From Planctomycetota bacterium (GTDB lineage Bacteria > Planctomycetota > JAJSAM01 > JAJVHW01), in the NCBI GenBank assembly GCA_965248445.1, contig CBDFJG010000004.1, forward strand, positions 1,824,001-1,888,000: a DNA stretch of 64,000 nucleotides. The letters run 5' to 3'. Below the pieces are notes generated by a model that did not search any database, had not been told where the DNA came from, and saw nothing but the letters and a program-made list of their open reading frames with translations. Position 1 is the stretch's first letter; each line of letters opens with the position of its first letter. Below, piece by piece: positions 9,406 to 18,519 of this stretch. Both the position numbers and the translations under genes were made by a program.

Positions 9406-11208
9406 CTATTGGAACGGATAGCCGTCGCGGTCGATCACACTCTTGGCGAGGAGGCGTCCTTCGGCGCGGACCTCGAACGGCTCGCGGCGGGTCAACTTGC
9501 GGAGCATCGCGAGCATGCTGCGCCGTTCCTCGCCTTCGGCGCTGGCGGACAGTACCTGCCGACCGGCGGCCACGACCTGTCCGAAGCCGTGCTCGATCGC
9601 CAGACGAGCGGCGGCCCGACGGGCACGACCCTCGTTCTCGGCGAGTTCGGCCTCCGTCGCGGCTGCTCGCAGGACCGCCGTCTCCATCGCGAACGTCTGG
9701 ATGACCATGTCGGCTAGCCACGCGAGCACCTCTTGCTCCTCGGAGAGGCGCGTCAGGAACTTCTGCCCCGCCACACCGGAGCAGAAGAGCGTCATCTTGC
9801 GGGCGGCCTCCGTCGCCGCGAGTTCATGGCCGAAGGAGTCGGTCGGCTCCTCGCGCCGCGTGCGGCGGCTCATCAGTTCGTCGGTGACCTGCTTGACGGC
9901 GCCGAGAAGCGGCAACTCGCCGCCGAGCGCCCGCCGCAAGAGCGTGCCGGTCACGAGCATCCGGTTGATCTCGCTGGTGCCTTCCCAGATGCGGTTGATG
10001 CGCGCATCTCGGAACTGCCGCTCGGCGGGGTACTCCTGCACGTAGCCGTAGCCGCCGTGCACCTGAAGCATCTCGTCGACGACGAAGTCGAGCGCCTCAC
10101 TCGCGTACACCTTGTTCACGGAGCACTCGACCGACAGTTCCTTGAGTGCGGCAACAGTGGCCCGCGATGCATCGGTCTCCCCCGCGGCATACGACGCCGC
10201 GATGTGGTCGTCGATCAAACCCGCGGTGCGATAGACCATGCTCTCCGCGCAGTAGATCCGCATGGCCGCCGCGGCGAGCTTCTGCTGGATCAACGGGAAC
10301 TCGACGATCGGCCGGCCGAACTGCTGACGCTCCTGCGCGTAGCGCGTGCCGGTCTGGAGCGAGATCTTCGCGCCTCCCAGAACCGCCGGCGCGAGCTTCA
10401 GGCGCCCGATGTTCAGCACATTGAAGGCGATGCGGTGGCCCTTACCGACGTCTCCGAGCACATTCTCCGCGGGTACTGCCACGTCGGCGAACGACAGCGC
10501 GCAGGTGGACGAACCGGAGAGGCCGAGCTTCTTCTCTTCGGGCCCGACGTCGAACCCGGACGCACCCGCCTCGACGATGAACGCGGTGAACTGCTCGCCG
10601 TCCACCTTCGCGAACACGATGAACAGGTCCGCGAATCCGGCATTGGTGATGAACTGTTTCGAACCGTTCAGCAGATAAACGCCGCGCTCGTCGTCCCAAA
10701 TCGCCGTCGTGCGCGCGGACAGCGCGTCGGAGCCGCTGCCGGCCTCGGTCAGGCCATAGGCGGTGATGATCTCGCCGGTCAGGATCTTGTCGAGGTACCG
10801 GGTGCGCTGCTCATCGGTGCCGAAGTAGAGGATCGGCAGACCGCCGATGCCGGTCTGCACCATGACGGCCGGCGCGAACGACCCGCCGAGACCGACCTTC
10901 TCGGCCACGAGCATCGCCGTGCGCTTGGAGGCACCCAGGCCGCCGAGGGCTTCGGGGACGTCCACCGAGAACACTCCGAGTTCTCCCGCCGCGCGGACGA
11001 GGCCCTCGAGAACTCCGTCCTCGTGGGCGTCGATGCGGTCGTGCACGGTCAGCACGCTCTCACGCACGAACTCCTCGACCGACGCGGCGAGCATGCGCGC
11101 GTCCTCGTCGAAGTGCTCGGGCACGAACACTGTCGAGGCGTCACCCGGTCCAAGGAGGAAGGAACCGGAGACGATCGGGTTGGTGCGTTTCGCCGGGGTG
11201 GCGGTCAT
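9406..11208 (-). CDS. fadE: Acyl-CoA dehydrogenase (FadE/YusJ-like)
   Basis: YGLTEAGSGSDA, NGSKQFITNAG, RQQFGRPI, QVHGGYGY and RINRIWEGTSEINR. Confidence 0.93.
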   Translation of the reverse strand: MTATPAKRTNPIVSGSFLLGPGDASTVFVPEHFDEDARMLAASVEEFVRESVLTVHDRIDAHEDGVLEGLVRAAGELGVFSVDVPEALGGLGASKRTAMLVAEKVGLGGSFAPAVMVQTGIGGLPILYFGTDEQRTRYLDKILTGEIITAYGLTEAGSGSDALSARTTAIWDDERGVYLLNGSKQFITNAGFADLFIVFAKVDGEQFTAFIVEAGASGFDVGPEEKKLGLSGSSTCALSFADVAVPAENVLGDVGKGHRIAFNVLNIGRLKLAPAVLGGAKISLQTGTRYAQERQQFGRPIVEFPLIQQKLAAAAMRIYCAESMVYRTAGLIDDHIAASYAAGETDASRATVAALKELSVECSVNKVYASEALDFVVDEMLQVHGGYGYVQEYPAERQFRDARINRIWEGTSEINRMLVTGTLLRRALGGELPLLGAVKQVTDELMSRRTRREEPTDSFGHELAATEAARKMTLFCSGVAGQKFLTRLSEEQEVLAWLADMVIQTFAMETAVLRAAATEAELAENEGRARRAAARLAIEHGFGQVVAAGRQVLSASAEGEERRSMLAMLRKLTRREPFEVRAEGRLLAKSVIDRDGYPFQ

Positions 11209-11212
11209 CCGA

Positions 11213-12409
11213 TCAGCTCTCCCGCTCGAAGAGTCCGGCTGCGCCCATGCCGCCGCCGACACACATGCTCACGACGCCGAAGCGCCCGTCCCGCCGTGCC
11301 ATCTCGTGCAACAGGGTGGCGGTCAGCTTCGCGCCGGTCGCGCCGAGCGGGTGTCCCAGCGCGATTCCCCCGCCGTTCACGTTGAGTTTGTCGCGCGGGA
11401 TCACGAGTTCCCGCGCGCAGTGGACGGCCTGTGAGGCGAACGCCTCGTTGACCTCGAACAGGTCGATGTCGCCGATCGTCAGCCCGTTGCGCTCGAGGAG
11501 TGCCGGGATTGCGACTGCCGGGCCGATGCCCATCACCTCAGGAGCCACACCGACGACTACGAAGTCGCGCAGCACCCCGAGCGGGGTCATTCCTGCCTGC
11601 TCGGCACGCGCGCGGCTGGTGACCAGCGCCGCCGCCGCTCCGTCGCTCATCTGCGAGGAGTTCCCCGCCGTGACGGTGCCGCGGACGTTGAACGCCGGGC
11701 GCAGCTTCGCGAGTGCGTCGAGACTCGTGTCGGCACGCGGACCTTCGTCCGTGTCGAACGTGACACGAGTCTCCAGGGACTCGCCGCGCGGTCCTGGGCG
11801 CTTCGAGACGACGTCGAGCGCGATGATCTCATCGGCGAACTTCCCGGCCGCGATGGCCGCGAGGGCCTTCTCATGTGACTTCAGCGCAAACGCATCCTGT
11901 GTCTCGCGCGTGATCCCGTACTGCTCCGCCACGATCTCCGCTGTGTTGCCCATTCCGATGTAGGCGTGCGGCTGCTCGAGGACGAGGCGGGGGTTCGGCC
12001 GCACCTGCGCGCCGCCCATGGGCACCAGCGACATGCTCTCGGTCCCGCCGGCGAGGATCGCCGTGGCGCCGCCGGTTCGAATCCGGTCGGCGGCCTGTGC
12101 GATCGCCTGCAGACCGCTCGCGCAGAAGCGGTTGACTGTCATGCCGGGCACGGCGTGCGGGAACCCGGCACGCAGCGAGGCCATCCGCGCGACGTTCAGT
12201 CCCTGCGGTCCCTCCGGCATCGCACAGCCGAGGATGACGTCGTCGATCGCGTCCGCGTCGATGCCCGGGGCGCGTTCGAACGCAGCGATGAGAACCGCAG
12301 CGGCCATGTCGTCCGGGCGCGTCTCGCGCAGCGTTCCACGCGGCGCCTTGCCGACGGCAGTGCGCACCGCGCTGACGATGACGGCGTCGTTGGCGTTTTT
12401 GTCGGTCAT
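11213..12409 (-). CDS. fadA: Acetyl-CoA C-acyltransferase (thiolase)
   Basis: NRFCASGL, GNSSQMSDGAA, NEAFA, GHPLGATG and SMCVGGGMG. Confidence 0.95.
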   Translation of the reverse strand: MTDKNANDAVIVSAVRTAVGKAPRGTLRETRPDDMAAAVLIAAFERAPGIDADAIDDVILGCAMPEGPQGLNVARMASLRAGFPHAVPGMTVNRFCASGLQAIAQAADRIRTGGATAILAGGTESMSLVPMGGAQVRPNPRLVLEQPHAYIGMGNTAEIVAEQYGITRETQDAFALKSHEKALAAIAAGKFADEIIALDVVSKRPGPRGESLETRVTFDTDEGPRADTSLDALAKLRPAFNVRGTVTAGNSSQMSDGAAAALVTSRARAEQAGMTPLGVLRDFVVVGVAPEVMGIGPAVAIPALLERNGLTIGDIDLFEVNEAFASQAVHCARELVIPRDKLNVNGGGIALGHPLGATGAKLTATLLHEMARRDGRFGVVSMCVGGGMGAAGLFERES

Positions 12410-12411
12410 CG

Positions 12412-14817
12412 TCAGTTCCTCAATGCCTTGCCGGTCTTCAGGATGTGCTCCATGCGCGCGAGCGTCTCGTCGTTGCCGCAGAGGCTCATGAACGCCTCGC
12501 GTTCGAGTTCGAGCAGATAGTCCTCGGAGACTCTCGACGACGCGCTCACCTCGCCGCCGCACAGCACCCACGCGAGCCTGTCGCCGAGCACCTTCTCGTA
12601 CGCGGTGATGAACCCGCCCAGCGCCATGTTGTGGAGGCCCGCGCGAATGGCGGCGAGACCGGGCTCCCCGACGACGCGGATGTCGGTGCGGGGCCGCGGG
12701 GCCTCGTAGCCGGCGACGTCGAGGGCCCTCACCCGCCGCTTCGCCTCGTGGATCAGCAGTTCGCCGTTGACGACAACCCCGTCCGTCGAGCGCAGGAAAC
12801 CGTAGTTCTGCGCCTCGACCGCGCTCGTCGCGACACGAGCCATGCCGACGGTCTCGAACACGCGCTGCACGTGTGGGAAGAGATCGATGTCGGCGCCACG
12901 GGGCAGCGACTCGTCGATGCGGCGGACCAGTTCCTTGCAGCCGCCGCCGGCCGGGATCACGCCGGCGCCGAGCTCAACCAGGCCGATGTACGTCTCCGCC
13001 GCAGCCACGACCGCGTCGCCGCCGAGCACGACCTCACACCCGCCGCCGAGCGTGAGCCCGCGTGGCGCCACGACCACCGGACGCTTGGCGAATCGCAGGC
13101 GGAAAGTCGCGTGCTGGAAGCGCTCGACCATCCACAGGACGTCGTCGTAGTTGTCGTCGTCGAGTTCGCTCAGGATCAGCAGGAGGTTCGCGCCCGCGCA
13201 GAAGTTCGCGGCGTCGTTGCCGACCACGAGACCACGCCAGCGCTCCTCCACCTCGTCCACCGACTTCTCGAGCATCTCGATGACGCCCGGTCCGATGGTG
13301 TTCATCTTCGTGTGGAACTCGAGGCACGCGACGTCGTCGCCGAGATCGATCAGCGTCGCGTCGGGCGATTCGAGGATCGTCTTGCCGGCGTCCTTCAGGT
13401 CCGCGAGCACGACGAAGTCGCTGTTGCGGGGTACCAGGGCCCCATCGCCCGAGGCGGCGTCGAAGAAGGACACTCGGCCCTGCTCGCGCTCGTAGAACGA
13501 CTCGCGCCCCGCGTCGAGCATCTGTTGCACGATCGGCGGCACGGAGTGCCCTTCGGCTGCCATCCGCTCGCACGTCTTGCGGACGCCGAGCGCGTCCCAC
13601 ACCTGGAACGGCCCGATCTCCCAGCCGAAACCCCAGCGCATCGCCCGGTCCACTTTCACGACGTCGTCGGCGATCTCGGGGATGCAGGAGGCGGCGTAGC
13701 GAAGTGTCGCTGAGATGTTTTCCCACAGGAACTCGCCGGCGCGGTCCTTCGCGAACACGAGCGTCTTCAGGCGCTCGGTCAGATCCTCCATGCCGCGGGC
13801 CATGCCGAGCGACGGGATGTTCACCTTGCCCTGTTCGACGTACCGGCCGTTCACCCAGTCGAACATCAGGATGACGCGCTCACCGTCCTTCTTCGACTTG
13901 CGATAGAAGCCCGCTCCCGTCTTCGCACCGAGCGCCCCGGAGTCGATCAGGCCGAGCATGAAGGGCGGCGGCACGAACAGCTCGCGGTGCGAATCGAACG
14001 GCAGGCGGTCGTACAGGTTCCTCGCGACGTGCGCGAGCGTATCCAGGCCGACGAGACCCACAGTGCGGAACGTGGCGCTCTTGGCCCGCCCCACCGCCTT
14101 TCCGGTCAGCTTGTCGATCTCCGCGACGGTGTAGCCCTTCTCCACCATCAGATGGATGGCGTGGAACACGCCGAAGACACCGATGCGGTTCGCGATGAAG
14201 TTGGGCGTGTCCTTGGCGTGCACGATTCCCTTGCCGAGCACGCGCTCGCCGAACTCGGTCATGAACGACAGCACCTCGTCCGACGTGTCCGGGCCACGCA
14301 CCAGCTCGAGCAGCTTCAGATACCGCGGTGGGTTGAAGAAGTGCGTCACGAGGAAGCGCGGGCGCAGTCCCTCGGGAAGCGCACCCGACAGCTCCTCCGC
14401 GGACAGCCCCGACGTGTTCGAGGAGAGGATGGCGTGCTCCGATACGTGCGGCGCGATCCGCTCGTAGAGCGACTTCTTGATGTCGAGGTTCTCGATGATC
14501 GCCTCGACGATCCAGTCGCAGTCCGCGAGCCGCGCGACGTCGTCGTCGAAGTTTCCGACGTCGACGAGCGCCGCCCCGCCGGGGGCGAAGAATGCGGCCG
14601 GCTTGGCGCGGGTGGCGGCCTTCAGCCCGGCGCGGGCGCGGGCGCTCGGGTCCGGGCCGTCCGACTTCAGGTCGAGCAGGAGCGTCGGGATACCGACGTT
14701 CGCGAGGTGCGCCGCGATGGCGGCCCCCATCACGCCGGAGCCGAGCACGGCTGCCCGTTCGACGCTCCGCACTCCTCCAGTCCCAGTTGACCCGGTGCCG
14801 GTCGTCGCCTCAGACAT
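12412..14817 (-). CDS. fadN: 3-hydroxyacyl-CoA dehydrogenase/enoyl-CoA hydratase (FadN/YusL architecture)
   Basis: N-terminal GSGVMGAAIA, SNTSG and HFFNPPRY; C-terminal crotonase motifs FCAGANL, GGGCE and GLVELGAGVIPAGGG. Confidence 0.92.
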   Translation of the reverse strand: MSEATTGTGSTGTGGVRSVERAAVLGSGVMGAAIAAHLANVGIPTLLLDLKSDGPDPSARARAGLKAATRAKPAAFFAPGGAALVDVGNFDDDVARLADCDWIVEAIIENLDIKKSLYERIAPHVSEHAILSSNTSGLSAEELSGALPEGLRPRFLVTHFFNPPRYLKLLELVRGPDTSDEVLSFMTEFGERVLGKGIVHAKDTPNFIANRIGVFGVFHAIHLMVEKGYTVAEIDKLTGKAVGRAKSATFRTVGLVGLDTLAHVARNLYDRLPFDSHRELFVPPPFMLGLIDSGALGAKTGAGFYRKSKKDGERVILMFDWVNGRYVEQGKVNIPSLGMARGMEDLTERLKTLVFAKDRAGEFLWENISATLRYAASCIPEIADDVVKVDRAMRWGFGWEIGPFQVWDALGVRKTCERMAAEGHSVPPIVQQMLDAGRESFYEREQGRVSFFDAASGDGALVPRNSDFVVLADLKDAGKTILESPDATLIDLGDDVACLEFHTKMNTIGPGVIEMLEKSVDEVEERWRGLVVGNDAANFCAGANLLLILSELDDDNYDDVLWMVERFQHATFRLRFAKRPVVVAPRGLTLGGGCEVVLGGDAVVAAAETYIGLVELGAGVIPAGGGCKELVRRIDESLPRGADIDLFPHVQRVFETVGMARVATSAVEAQNYGFLRSTDGVVVNGELLIHEAKRRVRALDVAGYEAPRPRTDIRVVGEPGLAAIRAGLHNMALGGFITAYEKVLGDRLAWVLCGGEVSASSRVSEDYLLELEREAFMSLCGNDETLARMEHILKTGKALRN

Positions 14818-15485
14818 CACTTGCCCTCCGCCGCGAGGGCGCGCGTCAGCATGTCACCGACGGGCGCGACGTGTTGCATCAGATCGAGCCGCTTCTTGGC
14901 GCGCACCCAGCTCGTGACAGCCTCGTCGAGCCCCCCGAACACGACCTGGCGCGCGAGATGGACGTCGAGCGCAGCGTCGAACTCGCCGCACGACACGCCA
15001 CTCCGCACGACGCTCTCGATCACCTGGAAGTAGTCGAGCACCGTCTCGCGAATGCCCTCACGCAGCACCGGATCGGCGTCGCGCAGGTGGATCTGAAAGA
15101 CGGCCGCGAGCGCGCGGTCATCCTCGAAGAACCCGAAGTGCAACTCGACCAGGCGGCGCAGGCGAGCTGTGCCTGCGGCGGTCTCGGCGAGCGCGGGGCG
15201 GCAGCGCTCGATGTAGCCCCCGAGGTGTCGCTCCACCAGGCGGACGAGCAGGTCCTGCTTCCGCTTGACGTAGAGGTAGATCGTCCCAGTGGCGACGCCG
15301 GCGGCCGCCGCGACGTCGGCGATCGTGCTCCCGTGGTAGCCGCTCTTGGCGAACACATCCACGGCCGCGCGGAGGATGCGCCCCTCCTTGCCGTTCTTGG
15401 GAACTCCGTTCCCCTTCGCAGGGAGCGGAGCGGCCGAAGGCGCGGCGGCCTCGGGCTCGCCAGCAGGAACTGAATGAACATTCAT
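14817..15485 (-). CDS. fadR: TetR family fatty-acid regulator (Bacillus FadR/YsiA-like)
   Basis: TetR HTH ILRAAVDVFAKSGYHGSTIADVAAAAGVATGTIYLY; directly upstream of fadN-fadA-fadE. Confidence 0.85.
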   Translation of the reverse strand: MNVHSVPAGEPEAAAPSAAPLPAKGNGVPKNGKEGRILRAAVDVFAKSGYHGSTIADVAAAAGVATGTIYLYVKRKQDLLVRLVERHLGGYIERCRPALAETAAGTARLRRLVELHFGFFEDDRALAAVFQIHLRDADPVLREGIRETVLDYFQVIESVVRSGVSCGEFDAALDVHLARQVVFGGLDEAVTSWVRAKKRLDLMQHVAPVGDMLTRALAAEGK

Positions 15486-15490
15486 TCAGT
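15469..15490. promoter_or_regulatory. FadR(YsiA)-type operator palindrome ACTGAATGAA-CA-TTCATTCAGT
   Basis: Perfect 10-bp inverted repeat over the fadR start; resembles the B. subtilis FadR box TGAATGANTANTCATTCA (recalled consensus). Confidence 0.85.
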
Positions 15491-15492
15491 AC

Positions 15493-15521
15493 AGTATGGG
15501 GCACGCCGGTGGCGACGTCAA
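15493..15521 (-). promoter_or_regulatory. sigma70-type promoter of fadR-fadN-fadA-fadE: TTGACG-N17-CATACT
   Basis: -35 at 15521-15516, 17-bp spacer, -10 at 15498-15493; ATG lies 7 nt after the -10 box. Confidence 0.75.
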
Positions 15522-16024
15522 GCAGGCTGGAGGCGGCGGCCGCCGTGAGTCCCGCGGGGCTCGCGCGGCTCGCGGTGCACCAGCCGGGTGACCGCAAAGA
15601 CGGCGCTCTGATAGACCGAGTCCGACTCGAATTCCGCCTGCGGCGCCCACACGAAGGCCGGGGGCGGCGTGTCACTCAGCCCGACGAGGGTCCCGGAGAA
15701 GAAGTAGCCGGTCTGGTCCCAAGCCGCCAGCCCATCCGGCTGCACGAACCACTCCCGGAGTGCCCCCACGAAGCGGAGGCCGGTCACGGAGGCGGCGGCC
15801 TCCTCGCGGACCTCGCGCACCGCAGCCTCCTCGGGCGTCTCGCCAGTTTCGATTCCGCCGCCGACGAGGTACAGGCCGCCGTGCAGCCCGCGTTCGCACG
15901 CCAGGCGGCCGTCGGCGTCGCGGGCGATCACGTACGCCGCGCGGCGGGGGCGGTAGACGGGTCCTCCACCCGACGCGCCGAAGACCAGCGGGTGCCAGAA
16001 CGCGCCGGAGAGCCGCCGTGGCAC
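15518..16024 (-). CDS. NUDIX hydrolase
   Basis: Nudix box GGIETGETPEEAAVREVREEAA. Confidence 0.85.
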   Translation of the reverse strand: MPRRLSGAFWHPLVFGASGGGPVYRPRRAAYVIARDADGRLACERGLHGGLYLVGGGIETGETPEEAAVREVREEAAASVTGLRFVGALREWFVQPDGLAAWDQTGYFFSGTLVGLSDTPPPAFVWAPQAEFESDSVYQSAVFAVTRLVHREPREPRGTHGGRRLQPA

Positions 16025-16025
16025 T

Positions 16026-17726
16026 TCAGGACTCGCCCTTCTTCGCAATCTCCTCGTCGCGCAACGAACGGCGCAGGAGCTTCATCATCGAGGACTTCGG
16101 GAGGCTCTCGCGGAACTCGATCATCTTCGGGACCTTGTACGCAGCGAGCTGATCCTTGCAGTGCGCCATGACTTCCTCCGCGCTGCACGCCGTGTTCGGA
16201 TGCAGGACGATGTAGCTCTTCACGGTCTCCCCGCGCCGCTCGTCGGGAACGCCGATCGTACACGCCTCGAAGATCGCGGGGTGTGAGACCAGCACGCGGT
16301 CGATCTCGTCCGGGTAGATGTTGTAGCCGGACGCCAGGATCATGTCCTTCTTGCGGCCGACGATCTTGAAGTATCCGTCCTCGTCGATCTCCGCAAGGTC
16401 GCCCGTGTACATCCAGCCGTCGCGCAGTGCTTCGGCCGTCGCATCCGGCCGGCCCCAATACCCCGGCATGATCTGCGGGCCCGTGACGATCAACTCTCCG
16501 GGTTCGCCGACGCCCAACTCCGTGACGCCGTCTTCGGGAGACACGATCTTCGCGTCGGTGTTCGGCAGCGGGATGCCGATGGACCCCACCTTGCGCACTC
16601 CGTCCATCGGGTTGCAGTGAGTGCACGGAGAGCACTCCGTCATGCCGAAGCCCTCGACGATCTTGGCGCCGGTCAGCTTCTCGAACCTCTCGAGCACGTC
16701 CTTCGGCAGCGGGGCAGACCCCGAGACGCAGGCCTTCACCGACGAGACGTCCAGGTTCTCGATGCCCGGGTACTGGTTCATCGCGTTGTAGAGAGCGGGA
16801 ACGGCCGGGAGCATCGAGACGCGGTGCTTGGTCACGTTCTTGACCATCATCGGGATGTCCCGCGGATTTGGCATCACGACGATGGACGCGCCCGTCGAGA
16901 GCGGGAAGAGCATCGAGATCACGAACCCGAACACATGGAAGTAGGGCAGTGACGCGAGCGAGACTTCCTCTCCCGGATTGCACTTCGGGAGCCAAGCGAC
17001 GAGTTGCTGCACCTGGTACGACAGGTTCTTGTGCGTCAGCATGACGCCCTTGGCGGCACCGGTCGTTCCTCCGGTGTACTGGAGCAGCGCGAGGTCGTCT
17101 ATCGCCGGTTGATGCGTGTACCGCGTGGCTCCGGCCTCCGCAATCAGATCCTTGAACCCGTGCACGTTGCCACCGAGCGCGACCTTGGCGTGCAGTCCCG
17201 CGCGCTTGAGCTTGAGCGGCGCGAGCAGATTGAGTGGGAACCGTAGATAGTCGGGCACGTGCGTGATGACGTAGTGCTCGACCGGTACCTGCGAGCGCAG
17301 TGCCTTGATCGACTTCTCGTACAGCCAGCCGCCGGTGATGGCGACGTGCACCTTCGAGTCGTTCCACTGGTGCACGATCTCGCGCGGCACGTAGAGCGGG
17401 TTCGTCATGACCGCCTGCGCGCCGAGCGCGAGCGTCGCCATGGTCGCGATGACCGTCTGCGGCAGATTCGGCAGATGGATCGCGACGCGGGAGTCCCTCT
17501 GCACCCCCAAGGCGTGCAACGACGCCGCGAACGCGTCCACCATCTGGCCCAGTTCTCGATACGAGATGCGGAAGTTCAGGAAGATCAGCGCATCGCGGTC
17601 CGGAAAGGCGACGACCGATTGCCGGAAACGGTCGACGACCGTAGCGTCGTCGAAGTCGATCGAGTGGGGCACGCCCTCGTCGTAGTGCTTGAACCAGGGC
17701 CGGTCGCCGATCGCTGGGCTACTCAT
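16026..17726 (-). CDS. fadD: Long-chain-fatty-acid--CoA ligase
   Basis: LQYTGGTTGAAKG, EGFGMTE, YTGD, GRKKDMI and PKSSMMKLLRR. Confidence 0.93.
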   Translation of the reverse strand: MSSPAIGDRPWFKHYDEGVPHSIDFDDATVVDRFRQSVVAFPDRDALIFLNFRISYRELGQMVDAFAASLHALGVQRDSRVAIHLPNLPQTVIATMATLALGAQAVMTNPLYVPREIVHQWNDSKVHVAITGGWLYEKSIKALRSQVPVEHYVITHVPDYLRFPLNLLAPLKLKRAGLHAKVALGGNVHGFKDLIAEAGATRYTHQPAIDDLALLQYTGGTTGAAKGVMLTHKNLSYQVQQLVAWLPKCNPGEEVSLASLPYFHVFGFVISMLFPLSTGASIVVMPNPRDIPMMVKNVTKHRVSMLPAVPALYNAMNQYPGIENLDVSSVKACVSGSAPLPKDVLERFEKLTGAKIVEGFGMTECSPCTHCNPMDGVRKVGSIGIPLPNTDAKIVSPEDGVTELGVGEPGELIVTGPQIMPGYWGRPDATAEALRDGWMYTGDLAEIDEDGYFKIVGRKKDMILASGYNIYPDEIDRVLVSHPAIFEACTIGVPDERRGETVKSYIVLHPNTACSAEEVMAHCKDQLAAYKVPKMIEFRESLPKSSMMKLLRRSLRDEEIAKKGES

Positions 17727-17857
17727 CACGTTCACCTCGCGGCCCGGCCTCTCCCGTCCGGTCGGGGACCACGATAGCGACAGGATGGCGCCCTGCGCGA
17801 CTCGTGGTTGGCCCATTTCGGGAACACCGGCCCCGCGTGTGTACGCTGGGCGCTCCC

Positions 17858-18247
17858 ATGCGCCACGCCCTGCTGCTGCTCGCCGCCCTCTCCCTGGCTG
17901 CCTGCTCCCGGTCGCCGCCGCCGCCGCCGGGCCCGCCCGGCAAGACGGCGACGCTGATCGTCCGCAACGCAGCGCCGGCGGGCGACGTGGTGGTGATCAC
18001 CGCGAAGAAGGAGGGGCTCACGGACCTGAACCTCGAGGTCCCGGTCGCCCGGAGCGCGAATCAGGCGGCCGTCGCCGGCGCGATCTACTTCTTGATGCCC
18101 GCCGAATGGCAGCGCGCGAGCTACCTGGCGGGCGACGGCGTCGTGATCCCCGCGATCGAGGACGTTGCCGTCGACACGGGCGAGACCGGGCTGGAGATCT
18201 CGCTGACTGTGACGCCGCGCCCGCCTCCCGGCTACGAACGCGAGTAG
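17858..18247 (+). CDS. Hypothetical lipoprotein
   Basis: MRHALLLLAALSLAAC lipobox followed by a Pro-rich linker. Confidence 0.65.
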   Translation: MRHALLLLAALSLAACSRSPPPPPGPPGKTATLIVRNAAPAGDVVVITAKKEGLTDLNLEVPVARSANQAAVAGAIYFLMPAEWQRASYLAGDGVVIPAIEDVAVDTGETGLEISLTVTPRPPPGYERE

Positions 18248-18276
18248 CACCCGCCTCGGCGCAGCCGCGAGTGCCA

Positions 18277-18519
18277 TCAGACTCCGTCGCGCCGGGCGAG
18301 CAGGTTGCGCGCTACCGACGTCATGATCGAGGCCACACCGACAAGCCCGAGCAGCGTGAGCGGCCAACCGCCGCCCAGAATCCAGCCGAGCACCAGCGCG
18401 ATGGCGAAAGCGAGCATGAGCAGCGAGGCGACGATCCAGAACCAGATGATCCGCGAGAGCGGGAGTCTGATGGGAGCCGTGGGCGGCGGGACGACCGACT
18501 CGTCGCGAGCCTCTTCCAT
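18277..18519 (-). CDS. Small hypothetical membrane protein (2 TM)
   Basis: Two hydrophobic helices; ATG immediately follows the peptidase stop. Confidence 0.55.
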   Translation of the reverse strand: MEEARDESVVPPPTAPIRLPLSRIIWFWIVASLLMLAFAIALVLGWILGGGWPLTLLGLVGVASIMTSVARNLLARRDGV

